This document shows positions 34,143-43,021 of a stretch of 64,000 nt of DNA, one piece after another. The DNA is from Candidatus Sulfopaludibacter sp. SbA3. GTDB taxonomy: Bacteria; Acidobacteriota; Vicinamibacteria; Vicinamibacterales; UBA2999. Position 1 is the first letter of the stretch. Each line of letters starts with the position of its first letter. Below the pieces are notes generated by a model. That model made no database searches. It was not told where the DNA came from and saw only the letters and a program-made list of their open reading frames with translations. The translations under genes and the position numbers were made by a program. The stretch is taken from contig CAMDNQ010000009.1 in NCBI GenBank assembly GCA_945903265.1, positions 75,664 to 139,663 of the forward strand, in the 5' to 3' direction.

Positions 34143-35732
34143 CTATTTTGTGGATCCGGTCGAGCCACGCATGGCCCCCAGCCGGCGAAGCACGAAGCGC
34201 TTGGGATTACCCAGCAGGCGCATCCTCCACTGCAGATAACCCTTGCGCGCGCCGCTGCGCAGATGCTTCCAGCCGACGGGTGTGCGCTCCGACAGATCCG
34301 TCCACGCCAGGGCGGCGTACAACGGCAGCCGCAGCGCAACCTCTGCGAGCGTGGCGCGCTCCGGCGTGGGCGCCGGCGATGCAAGCACCTGCTCGATGAC
34401 GCCCACGAACCGCGGGGTCGCGGGATGCTCCTCGCCGAACGGGAGGACGAAGCTGCGGGCAAATGCGCGCGACCGCGGATCGCTGACGCCTTCCGGTACC
34501 AGGGAGTCGGCCAGCATCCGCACGTGCTCATCGAACGACCGCGCCACGTAGAGCAGGTCCGCGGCCAGGTAGCGGAAATGAATGGTGCCTTCCTGGCTGG
34601 CGGTTGAAATCTCGGGCAGAAGCACAGTGTGGCACGCGCGGCCGGCAACGGCGGCCTCGATAAACGCACTGGTCACGAGGCCGACCACCGCGCCGCTGTA
34701 ATACATCGACTCGTAGTAGTCGTCTTTCGACTGCTGGTCGATCGGGTGGTCGCCGAACAGCACGACCTGCGGGTATGCCGACAGGTCGATCGGCTCCCAC
34801 TCCTTGACCCGTGCCGGGTGGGGACGAATCAGAATGCCGATGTCTTTCAGCCGCGGGTCGCCGCTCGATCGGATCGCACGAATCCAGTCGAGCACAAACG
34901 TCGGCTCGTGGGTCGTCTTCCTGAGGAGGGACGAACATGCATACAGGACAAAGGGTCTGTCGGATCGTAGACCCACGCGCTCGCAAAAAGCCCCACGCGA
35001 GCGAGACGGCTGCCTGCTCCACCACTGGTCGTAGCACTGCGCGCCAGTGACCACGACGCGGTCGGCGGCGAGGCCATGCATCTCCACCGCTTCGGTCCGC
35101 TGGATCTCGTTCCAGACGATGACGGTGTCGGGAACGAACCGGAGAAGCGCCTTGGTCGAGAGGTGGTCCCAGCTGCACACCGGCAGCACCGTCCTCAAGC
35201 CGAGCGCCTTGGCCGCGCGCAAGTAGTCGATTTGCGGCGACCCCAGGTCGATGAGCGGCGTGATGAGCACCGCGTCGGGCTGCTGCGCGGCGATAAACCG
35301 CTCGAATGCCGGGACGCGCGGAATGGCCCGTTCGAGCGCACGAAGCGCGCGCGAGAGCCACCGGCGCCCCGCATCGCCGCGGAAGAGCCGCCGCTGAAGC
35401 AGTTCCAGGATGAGGCGAGGCGTGCGTTCCTCCGCCCGCACCCGCAGCTGCGGAGTGTCGGCATACCGGGGTTCGAGGTACCGCAGGTAGTCCACGCTCA
35501 GCCGAAGGCTTCGCGCCAGCTCGAACCATCGTCCTTTGGCGGCGGGCGCGGTGCCCATCGAGAGCTGTCCCGGGTAACGCGCGACGAGCCGCTCGATCAT
35601 CCCCTGGCCGCCGAGCGTTTCGCCGACGCTCACGACCATGTGCACGTGATGACCGCGCTGCGCGAGCGCCTCGAGCGCCGACTCGAAGTTGCGCAGGTAG
35701 GACCAGTGGCGGGCAAAAAACAGCAGCTTCAT
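34143..35732 (-). CDS. HP-family protein (copy 3), close duplicate of the N-terminal domain of 31476..34136
   Basis: 529 aa. 77 of the first 100 residues are identical to the neighbour (hand count). VCSWDHLSTKALL, ILIRPHPARVKEW, VVGLVTSAFIEAAVAGRAC. Confidence 0.82.
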   Translation of the reverse strand: MKLLFFARHWSYLRNFESALEALAQRGHHVHMVVSVGETLGGQGMIERLVARYPGQLSMGTAPAAKGRWFELARSLRLSVDYLRYLEPRYADTPQLRVRAEERTPRLILELLQRRLFRGDAGRRWLSRALRALERAIPRVPAFERFIAAQQPDAVLITPLIDLGSPQIDYLRAAKALGLRTVLPVCSWDHLSTKALLRFVPDTVIVWNEIQRTEAVEMHGLAADRVVVTGAQCYDQWWSRQPSRSRGAFCERVGLRSDRPFVLYACSSLLRKTTHEPTFVLDWIRAIRSSGDPRLKDIGILIRPHPARVKEWEPIDLSAYPQVVLFGDHPIDQQSKDDYYESMYYSGAVVGLVTSAFIEAAVAGRACHTVLLPEISTASQEGTIHFRYLAADLLYVARSFDEHVRMLADSLVPEGVSDPRSRAFARSFVLPFGEEHPATPRFVGVIEQVLASPAPTPERATLAEVALRLPLYAALAWTDLSERTPVGWKHLRSGARKGYLQWRMRLLGNPKRFVLRRLGAMRGSTGSTK

Positions 35733-35737
35733 CGACG

Positions 35738-37552
35738 TCAGCAGACACTCCGGCGCGCGACACGCTTGGCCGCGGCACCAGCGCCGCGCACTCGCGCAAC
35801 GACCTTCTTCCTGGTCCGCCGCAGCGTCTTCTCGATCTGTCGTGTCGACTCGTACCAGGCGCGCCAGACCTGCCGGCGGACCCTCTTGCCGGTCTTGCCC
35901 GCGTACTCACTCGCCGCCTCCTGCGCCCTGAAGCCCGCCCCCCAGAGGGCAACCCCACCTGAGAGCAGAGGGGTCGTGGCGAACGTCCAGAGAGGGCGAT
36001 CCTGCGCCAGAGCCCGCGCCAGCCGTGCGAGGACGAACGCCGGCGGCCGGCACGCCAGCGTCCACCACGACGGGCGCTGCTGCACCGGCCGCGCGAGACG
36101 CACGAGATCGTCGATCGCCTGGCGGAAGACCGTCGTCGATTCGACGTCGAGACCGTGCGGGCGAATGAACGACTGCACGAAGTCGCGTCCGGCGCCGTCG
36201 GTCACGCCTCCTCGCAGGACCTCCGCCAGCTGCAGGCCATGCTCATCGAAGTTCGATGCGACTCGCGCCAGTCCGCCTCGTGCGGCCGCAAGATGCTGGA
36301 AGTGGAGCGTGCCTTCCTGTGCGTGGGCGAACTCCGGCGCACGAATCGTGAACACCGGCCGTCCCACGATCGCCGCTTCCAGTTGCGCACTTGTATTGAT
36401 ACCGACCACCGCGGAGCTGTAATAGAGCGACTCGAAATAATCGGACGACGACTCCGGAGCGCTCGGGTCGGCACCGACGGGCGGCCATATCGCCACGTCT
36501 CTGAACGCGCCGGCATCGAAGGCCCGCCACTGACGGGCATTCGCCGGGTGGGGCCGGATGAGGACGCCCGATGACGCCACTTCCGGAATGGCGGAAGCCC
36601 GAAGTGCGACGAGCCAGCGCTCGACAAAGGGGACTTCGTCGGGTGCGATGAACACCGACGATCCCACATAGAGCACGTAAGGACGCGCGGGGTCGAGTCC
36701 GACCGCGCGGCAGAACGCCTCCCGCGAGCGTTGCGGCCGGGCGGCGAACCACCGATCGAACAGGTGCGCCCCGGTCGTGATCACCTGCGCCGGCGCGACG
36801 CCATGCATCTCCACGGCCTCGCGCTTCTGTGCCTCGTTCCACACCAGCACGTGGTCCGGCACGACGCGGATGAGCCCCTTACTGGTCAGGTTGTCCCAGC
36901 TCGCCACGCAGAGGGCGCTGCGGATGCCGCGGCGGCGGGCGCACTTGACGTAGTCCACCTGCTGCGAGCCGAGCTCGATGAGCGGAGTCACGAGCAGGAG
37001 ATCGGGACGCTGCTCCCGCAGAAATTCCTCAATGGCCCGATTCGGCGGAATCACCGCCTCCGCCGCCTGCAGCGCCGCCGCCAGGATGCGTCGGCCCGCT
37101 CGAGTCCCGGCCGCCCACGCGATGAGGCCGCGATAAATGCGTGGCACGCGCTTTTCCGCTCGAGCGCGCAACGCGGACGCCCGCGTGAACACCGGGTCAA
37201 AAAACCGCAGGTAATCGAGCAGCAGCCTCACGGTCGTGCCGAGGCTGTCCCACGATTCTTCGCGCCCCTCGCGCGACCAGGAGGACACGCCGCGCCCGCC
37301 GCTGCGCGTCGCCTCGCGGTCGCCGCGCGCGAGAAAGTCCCGCACGCTCTCACCCCGTTCCGGCGTGGCGCCGAACGTCAGGCGCGGAGACGCGGCGGCC
37401 AGGCGGGTGGCGATCGCGTGTTCGCCAAGCTTCGTCCGGTCGGTTTCGAAGGCGACGTGCACGTCATGACCGGCGGCCGCCAGCGCCTGCAGCGCGCTGT
37501 CGTAGTACCGGAGAAAGCCCGGATGCAGCATGACGAACAGAATCCGGTTCAC
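35738..37552 (-). CDS. HP-family protein (copy 4)
   Basis: GTG 37552 in a GTGA overlap with the upstream stop (VNRILFVMLHPGFLRYYDSALQALAAAGHDVHV). VASWDNLTSKGLI, VLIRPHPANARQW, VVGINTSAQLEAAIVGRPV, GTLHFQHL. Basic C-terminal tail (RRTRKKVVARVRGAGAAAKRVARR). Confidence 0.8.
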   Translation of the reverse strand: MNRILFVMLHPGFLRYYDSALQALAAAGHDVHVAFETDRTKLGEHAIATRLAAASPRLTFGATPERGESVRDFLARGDREATRSGGRGVSSWSREGREESWDSLGTTVRLLLDYLRFFDPVFTRASALRARAEKRVPRIYRGLIAWAAGTRAGRRILAAALQAAEAVIPPNRAIEEFLREQRPDLLLVTPLIELGSQQVDYVKCARRRGIRSALCVASWDNLTSKGLIRVVPDHVLVWNEAQKREAVEMHGVAPAQVITTGAHLFDRWFAARPQRSREAFCRAVGLDPARPYVLYVGSSVFIAPDEVPFVERWLVALRASAIPEVASSGVLIRPHPANARQWRAFDAGAFRDVAIWPPVGADPSAPESSSDYFESLYYSSAVVGINTSAQLEAAIVGRPVFTIRAPEFAHAQEGTLHFQHLAAARGGLARVASNFDEHGLQLAEVLRGGVTDGAGRDFVQSFIRPHGLDVESTTVFRQAIDDLVRLARPVQQRPSWWTLACRPPAFVLARLARALAQDRPLWTFATTPLLSGGVALWGAGFRAQEAASEYAGKTGKRVRRQVWRAWYESTRQIEKTLRRTRKKVVARVRGAGAAAKRVARRSVC

Positions 37553-38448
37553 CGTGCCCGCTCCGCCTGCACGCGAGCGAGGCGCCCGTCGCCGACGAAC
37601 CCTCCAGCCGCGTCCCACTCGATGACGTCGCGTACCTGCGATGCGAGCGCCACTCCCGCGTCAGCGACCGCCCGCCGGAACTGCGCCTGTGCGTCGGTAT
37701 CCCGCCACCCGTGGCGTACGCCCTCGATCATTTCGGTGACCGCCGCCGCGATTTCGCCCGCGCCCGTCGGCCGGTAGCCGCAGTTCCGGCTGTTGCGGAA
37801 GTACCGCGCGGTCAACAGTTCGGGGATGGCAAGCGCGTGCCCGGTATCGAGATCGATGACCGTCGCAAGCGTATAGATGCCATGTGTGCGAATGGGATAT
37901 GCCGTAATCGGATCGCGTGCGTCGAGCCGCAGTGACGGCGTACCGGCCGCGTCGGCTGCGGACTGTCCGTCGGAACTGGTGCACACCACAAACGCGCTCC
38001 TCGCGACGAGGTATCGCGCGAGCAGCGGCGCGTCGGCGGTGTCGGCGGCGACGTCGACGACGGCAGGCAGACGGACAACTTGGAACCCTTCGTCCCGTAG
38101 AACGGCGAGCGCCGGGGCCCACAGATCCGGCCGGTTCAGCGTTTCGACCGTCACAATCGGCTGCCCGTCCGTGAGACCCAGTGCGGCGGCACACCGCTGC
38201 GCCTGGCGAGTGTCGGCGTCTGACAGGGTGGCGGGCGCGGCAGTCCGGACCGCGAGGCGATTCACCCGCGGTGCGATCGCGAGCACCTCGTCGACCGCGC
38301 ATCGTTGATGCGTGCGATCGGCCATATCCCGGAGAGCGGTGCGCACGGGATATGGAAGCCGCTCATCGCCTGAGTGCCGCCGCAGGTCGCGGTAACACTC
38401 ACGCCAGAACGACGCGAGCGCTGCATGAACACCGTGGCTGACTCCCAT
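37549..38448 (-). CDS. hypothetical protein
   Basis: ATG 38448 (MGVSHGVHAALASFWRECY...), 8 nt after the upstream TAA. I recognise no family motif. ...YFRNSRNCGYRPTGAGEIAAAV... is vaguely like C-terminal halves of GT-B-type accessory proteins. Confidence 0.55.
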   Translation of the reverse strand: MGVSHGVHAALASFWRECYRDLRRHSGDERLPYPVRTALRDMADRTHQRCAVDEVLAIAPRVNRLAVRTAAPATLSDADTRQAQRCAAALGLTDGQPIVTVETLNRPDLWAPALAVLRDEGFQVVRLPAVVDVAADTADAPLLARYLVARSAFVVCTSSDGQSAADAAGTPSLRLDARDPITAYPIRTHGIYTLATVIDLDTGHALAIPELLTARYFRNSRNCGYRPTGAGEIAAAVTEMIEGVRHGWRDTDAQAQFRRAVADAGVALASQVRDVIEWDAAGGFVGDGRLARVQAERAR

Positions 38449-38456
38449 GTGCCCTG

Positions 38457-39536
38457 TTACGGTGTCTGGCCGCGTCCCCGGAGACCGAGCCGGTGCGTTA
38501 ATACGAGCACCTCGTAGAGCGCCCGTTTCGCGATCCGGCGGAGCCGGCCACGTGCCGTCCGCGCACCCACAAGAGTGCTGTAGAGCGCGTGCCGCGCATA
38601 GTGGGAGACGAGCTTCCGGCTCCACCAGACACGGCCCGCTGCGCGCTCGACCACGTGTGACAGGTCACTCTTGCGGAACCCCTTCCATCCGTACGCGACC
38701 TGGTACCGGAGCAGCATCCCGAGCCACTGCGCTCGTGTAATCGGATACGGCGGCGGCACCGGGCTCGCGTACTCACGCCACAACACGACGCTGTGCTGCA
38801 GCCACGGAGCCCACGAAAACCACCACGGGGCGGCGCCGGGGAGCATCAGAGTTGTCCGCTGCCGCGACACGCTTCTGGCGCTCGACTGCCGGCGGAACCA
38901 GAGCTCCTCCGGGACCTGACGGATGCGGCCCTGCAGCGTCAATTCGGCAATCAGAAGGCGGTCCGGGCGGAGCACCGTGCGGAATGTGCCGGCACGGCGA
39001 AGCGCCTCGAGACGTATCAGTCCGTACACCATGTCGCCGGCGCCGACGACATCGCGACAGAACGCCTTCCATCGTTCGTGAACGTCACCATAGGCGGCCG
39101 TGTCGAACAGGCGCGGGTCCTTGTCGATGACGGCGCCTCCCGGAGTGACACGACGCGTCATCGGATAGGCCAGCACCGCCTCGCGGTCGGCATCGAGCTC
39201 CGCCATCATCCGCTCGAGCCATCGGGAATCCCAGATGTCATGGTCGCTGACCCACGCGTAGTACTCGGCGGACGGACATTCACCAGCGGCGATATCCACA
39301 ACGCCGCGCCATGTGGCGATCATCGCCTGCCGGGCCGCATGGCGGTGATACCGGATACGCGAGTCACGGGCGGCATAGTCCCGGCAGATCGCTGCGGTGT
39401 CGTCCGACGACGCATCGTCAAGCAGGACGAGGACGAACGCGCGGTGGGTCTGCCCCAGCAGAGAGTCGAGCGCACGCGGCAGGTGCGCCGCGTTGTTGTG
39501 GAGCGTCATTCCCAGCGCGACGCGCGGAACGGTCAC
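38457..39536 (-). CDS. family-2 glycosyltransferase (paralog group with 51452..52336 and 54013..54951)
   Basis: VALGMTLHNNAAHLPRALDSLLGQTHRAFVLVLLDDASSDDT, YYAWVSDHDIWDSRWLE, shared C-terminal extension with the two other paralogs. Confidence 0.82.
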   Translation of the reverse strand: MTVPRVALGMTLHNNAAHLPRALDSLLGQTHRAFVLVLLDDASSDDTAAICRDYAARDSRIRYHRHAARQAMIATWRGVVDIAAGECPSAEYYAWVSDHDIWDSRWLERMMAELDADREAVLAYPMTRRVTPGGAVIDKDPRLFDTAAYGDVHERWKAFCRDVVGAGDMVYGLIRLEALRRAGTFRTVLRPDRLLIAELTLQGRIRQVPEELWFRRQSSARSVSRQRTTLMLPGAAPWWFSWAPWLQHSVVLWREYASPVPPPYPITRAQWLGMLLRYQVAYGWKGFRKSDLSHVVERAAGRVWWSRKLVSHYARHALYSTLVGARTARGRLRRIAKRALYEVLVLTHRLGLRGRGQTP

Positions 39537-40498
39537 ACCTGTTCCGTTGCAGAGAGAAGACGGCTGATCGCCTCCGCGGTCGAATACGGAGGCAGATCGC
39601 GGGTATCGATACGTGGCAGTTCAAAACCCGGATCGTCGAGCCGCAATTGCCGCCGGACCGTATTGAAGGCGAGCGAGTAGCCCGACTCGCCAAGAATGCG
39701 CACGGTCTCCGCGGTATACGTGTGAGGACCGCCCCACGGATAACAGAACGGCACGGCCGCCTGGCCGGTCATTCCGCGGATCCAGGCGACACCACCCGAG
39801 AGCTCGTACAGCTGCTCTTCCGGTGACAGCCGCGCAAGCATCCGATGCGTGCGGGTGTGCGACCCGAAGGTCATGCCGCCTTCCGCCATCTCACGAACCA
39901 TCGCCGGACGGACGTAGAAGGTCTTCGCGAACGCGACCGGGTCGCCGACGTGACGCACGAACAAGTCGTCGAGAATCCGATCCGCCTGATCGAAGGGCAG
40001 CTCATGAACCACGAGGCGCTTGACCGCGCGCGCATCCTCGTCTTCCCAGCGATCGCTGCCGAACACCTCGGCGGCTCCGGCCTGTCGCGGCTGTCCGCTG
40101 GCGGCCAGGACGGCCTGCCCGAAGGCATCGGCGCCGAGACAGGCCAGCAGAAACTGGGCTTTGTGAACGGGCAGGAGCCTCGGCGTATCGCTGCAGGCGT
40201 CCTCGGTCAGGAAGAACGTGCCGTTCAGGCCTCGCCGGCGAAGGACCGGAAATACCGTCTCGTAGTGGTCGATGAGACCGTCATCGAATGTCAGGACGGC
40301 GGCGTTACGCGGCAGCGATCCATGGCCGGCCAGCGCGTCCGTCAGGCATGACAGGGGGACCACGTCGTACTCGGCCTGCAGCCAGTCGAGCTGCTGCTCG
40401 AAGAGCGCGACCGGCAACGCGCGAATATCGGGAAACGGCGTTCGGGCCGTGTCGCGGACGTAGTGATACATCACGGCCAGACACGAGGAGCCGGTCAT
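39533..40498 (-). CDS. polysaccharide deacetylase / deformylase (NodB-homology, CE4-like)
   Basis: VMYHYVRD, LTFDDGLIDHYETVFPVLRRRGLNGTFFL, FGSHTRTHRML. Confidence 0.85.
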   Translation of the reverse strand: MTGSSCLAVMYHYVRDTARTPFPDIRALPVALFEQQLDWLQAEYDVVPLSCLTDALAGHGSLPRNAAVLTFDDGLIDHYETVFPVLRRRGLNGTFFLTEDACSDTPRLLPVHKAQFLLACLGADAFGQAVLAASGQPRQAGAAEVFGSDRWEDEDARAVKRLVVHELPFDQADRILDDLFVRHVGDPVAFAKTFYVRPAMVREMAEGGMTFGSHTRTHRMLARLSPEEQLYELSGGVAWIRGMTGQAAVPFCYPWGGPHTYTAETVRILGESGYSLAFNTVRRQLRLDDPGFELPRIDTRDLPPYSTAEAISRLLSATEQV

Positions 40499-41292
40499 CG
40501 CGTCACCTTGTCCAGCGACACCAGCGACAACGCCGCATCCCTCACGGTCTTGTCTTTCAGGTACGCGCCAATCATCCCTGACTCGAAGTTCTGGTAGAGC
40601 CGACGCACTGCCGCAGCCGAGAAATCAGCCCGCTTGTAAAGGCGCCCTCCACTCTCCTGGGGAACCCCGACAAGCGTTGCGTCCTCCAGCGCATAGGCAG
40701 CGTCAGCCAGCGCATCTGCAGCGGCGACAATCGTCTTGTTGCCGATGTCATGGGGGCCGTCGGCGTCGCACATGTCGGGACGCACGTGGGCGATGATCGG
40801 ACCGGTATCGACGCCCGCATCAAGAAAATGGATGGTCGCTCCGCAATACTCCGGCTCACCGTTGACCAGTGGCCAGAAATTGGTTCCGGCGCCGCGGTAG
40901 TACGGGGACAAGCCGAGATGTATGTTCAGGATGCGGCCCGGAAAGGTCTCAATGAGCGGCACCTTGAGCAGGCCGGTTCCGAACACGAGCACGACATCCG
41001 GCGCGAGATCCCGCATACGGGCGATTTCCGCGGAGTCGTTGCAGCCTCCGGGACCGACGGAGCGGCTGGGAGCCGTCACGCTCGACTCCGCCGCAAAGTA
41101 CGCCTCTTCTGACGTGTCGCGCGCGGTGAAGTGCTGCGCGATGACTGCGGCGTCCTCGTCCGATCCTGCGTATTTCAGCGGCTCGAACGTCTTCTGCTCC
41201 CGCCACACGCCCGCCACCGGCAGCCGCGCAGCCAGCCGGTTCGCGACAAACGCGTGTCGCCGGAGTGAACTCGTCAGAACGATCGCGCGCAT
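40495..41292 (-). CDS. formyltransferase-domain protein (sugar N-formyltransferase / ArnA-N-terminal-like)
   Basis: ATG 41292 (MRAIVLTSS...). PDVVLVFGTGLL, ILNIHLGLSPYYRGAGTNFWPL, IHFLDAGVDTGPIIA. Confidence 0.82.
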   Translation of the reverse strand: MRAIVLTSSLRRHAFVANRLAARLPVAGVWREQKTFEPLKYAGSDEDAAVIAQHFTARDTSEEAYFAAESSVTAPSRSVGPGGCNDSAEIARMRDLAPDVVLVFGTGLLKVPLIETFPGRILNIHLGLSPYYRGAGTNFWPLVNGEPEYCGATIHFLDAGVDTGPIIAHVRPDMCDADGPHDIGNKTIVAAADALADAAYALEDATLVGVPQESGGRLYKRADFSAAAVRRLYQNFESGMIGAYLKDKTVRDAALSLVSLDKVTR

Positions 41293-41305
41293 TCGATGAT
41301 GAGAG

Positions 41306-43021
41306 CTACTTGTCGTTCCGCGGGTTTCCGGGCAGTTCACCGCGCCAGACGCCCGTCACATGCAGCGTGCGGTACACGGTGACCGCCGTCCGGTGGCGGG
41401 CGGTCATCAACAGGCTTTTCGTGACTTTGGCCGCGCGCAGTACCTTGTCACGACCACTGACGAGGCCGCGAATGATCGCTTTCTTCTTCTGGTGCCGTTC
41501 GTTGTAAAAGACCCGCCGTAAACGCGCCGCCTCGCGCCAGAGCTTATGAACCACGAGCGCGTCACCACGCGGATCTCTGACCAGCCAGCCGCCCATGACG
41601 CCGTGGGTCCTCCCGGCGAGAGCGACCGCAGGCCAGCGCCCCCAGGTCATCGCTGGCGGAGCCGCTGTGGAAGGCCCGCTTCGATGCAACCGCTCGAGCG
41701 CATCGATAAAGGCAGGTGTTGACGGCGTCTCGAGTCCGGCCGGCCGGACGAACGCATGAAGAAAAGCGCGGTTCCGCTCGTCGCGGGCGCCGCGCAGCGC
41801 GAGGGCTTCGGCAAGGTGGGTGAAGTGCGTGTGGAAGTCCGCGGCCGTTCGCAGCGGGCCGCCGTTGGAGTCCATCAGGTACTGGAAATGGATCATCTCC
41901 TCCTGATGCGCGCGATACTCCGGCAACGTGATGGTCAGGACCTGCCGGCCGACGATGGCCGCCTCGAGGAATGAGCTGGTGACCAGTCCGATGACGGCGT
42001 CGCTGTAGTACAGCGCGCCGAAGTAGTCGTCGCGCGCGGAAGGGTCAATCGGGTTGCGGCCCCGAAAGGCGACGTTCTCGAATCGATCGAGACGAATCCC
42101 CTTCCACTCTTTCATCCGTTCAGGGTGAGGCCGCACGAGGACGCCGAGCTCCCTCAGCGCCGGGTCGGGATGCGCACGCAACGCCTCGAGCCACTTGACG
42201 ACGAGCTGCGGCTCCGGAGGTTCCGGCGTCGGCGTGAGGGCCGAATGGACCCAGAGCACGAACGGGCGATCGGGCCGGAGCCCCATCGCGGCGCAGAACT
42301 CGTCTCGGCTGCGCTCCGGCCGGCGCGTGAACCAGTGGTCGTAACACTGGGCGCCGGTGGCAACGACGCGCTCGCCAGGAAGGCCGTGCATCTCGACGGC
42401 TTCCTGACGCTGCCGCTCGTTCCAGACGAGGACCATGTCCGGCACGATGTGCACCAGCGCCTTGCTGGAGAGATGGTCCCAACTGAGAATCGCGGCGGCG
42501 ACCGGGATATTCAACTCGCGCGCGGCCTTGAGCAGATCGTGCTGCCGCGATCGCGCGAAGGTCAGCGCACTCAGCACGACCACATCGGGCGCATGGCGCC
42601 GCAGGTACGCCACCATGTCGCGGCTGGCGGGAAGCAGTTGCTCGAACCGCGTGAGCCCCTTTCGGGCGGCCGCCCGTCCGCCGGGGGCGCGCGTCGCCCA
42701 CCGGATGACGCGTGACGTGCGCGGCAGCGCGCGGAGCCGCAGCTTTTCCGGATACCGCGGCTCGAGCGCGCGCACATAGGTCAGCGACTCGCGCATCCGC
42801 TGGGCCGCGTCGAACCAGCGTTCGTGTTCCAGCGACGGAATCCGATCCCACGTGATCGATGCATGGTCCGCCGCAAGCTGATCGACAAGCGCCTGACCAC
42901 CCAGCGTTTCCGGCTCCTCGTCCGCGAGATGAACCTGATGACCCCGCTCCGCCAGCCCACGCACGACCGAATCGAAATTCCGGAAGTGCGCGTAGTGCAG
43001 CGTCGCGAACAGAACTTTCAT
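41306..43021 (-). CDS. HP-family protein (copy 5)
   Basis: MKVLFATLHYAHFRNFDSVVRGLAERGHQVHL, ILSWDHLSSKALV, VLVRPHPERMKEW, VIGLVTSSFLEAAIVGRQV, basic C-terminal tail (NERHQKKKAIIRGLVSGRDKVLRAAKVTK). Confidence 0.8.
   Translation of the reverse strand: MKVLFATLHYAHFRNFDSVVRGLAERGHQVHLADEEPETLGGQALVDQLAADHASITWDRIPSLEHERWFDAAQRMRESLTYVRALEPRYPEKLRLRALPRTSRVIRWATRAPGGRAAARKGLTRFEQLLPASRDMVAYLRRHAPDVVVLSALTFARSRQHDLLKAARELNIPVAAAILSWDHLSSKALVHIVPDMVLVWNERQRQEAVEMHGLPGERVVATGAQCYDHWFTRRPERSRDEFCAAMGLRPDRPFVLWVHSALTPTPEPPEPQLVVKWLEALRAHPDPALRELGVLVRPHPERMKEWKGIRLDRFENVAFRGRNPIDPSARDDYFGALYYSDAVIGLVTSSFLEAAIVGRQVLTITLPEYRAHQEEMIHFQYLMDSNGGPLRTAADFHTHFTHLAEALALRGARDERNRAFLHAFVRPAGLETPSTPAFIDALERLHRSGPSTAAPPAMTWGRWPAVALAGRTHGVMGGWLVRDPRGDALVVHKLWREAARLRRVFYNERHQKKKAIIRGLVSGRDKVLRAAKVTKSLLMTARHRTAVTVYRTLHVTGVWRGELPGNPRNDK

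Noticed and set aside
34528-35958. 476-aa minus-strand ORF in an alternative frame overlapping HP-family gene 34143..35732. Similar alternative-frame minus ORFs include 4516..5415, 25574..26410, 47120..48136 and 50509..51264.
   Set aside because: Low-complexity Arg/Ala/Gly/Pro composition. It overlaps a frame with strong paralog conservation, and only one frame can carry that conservation.
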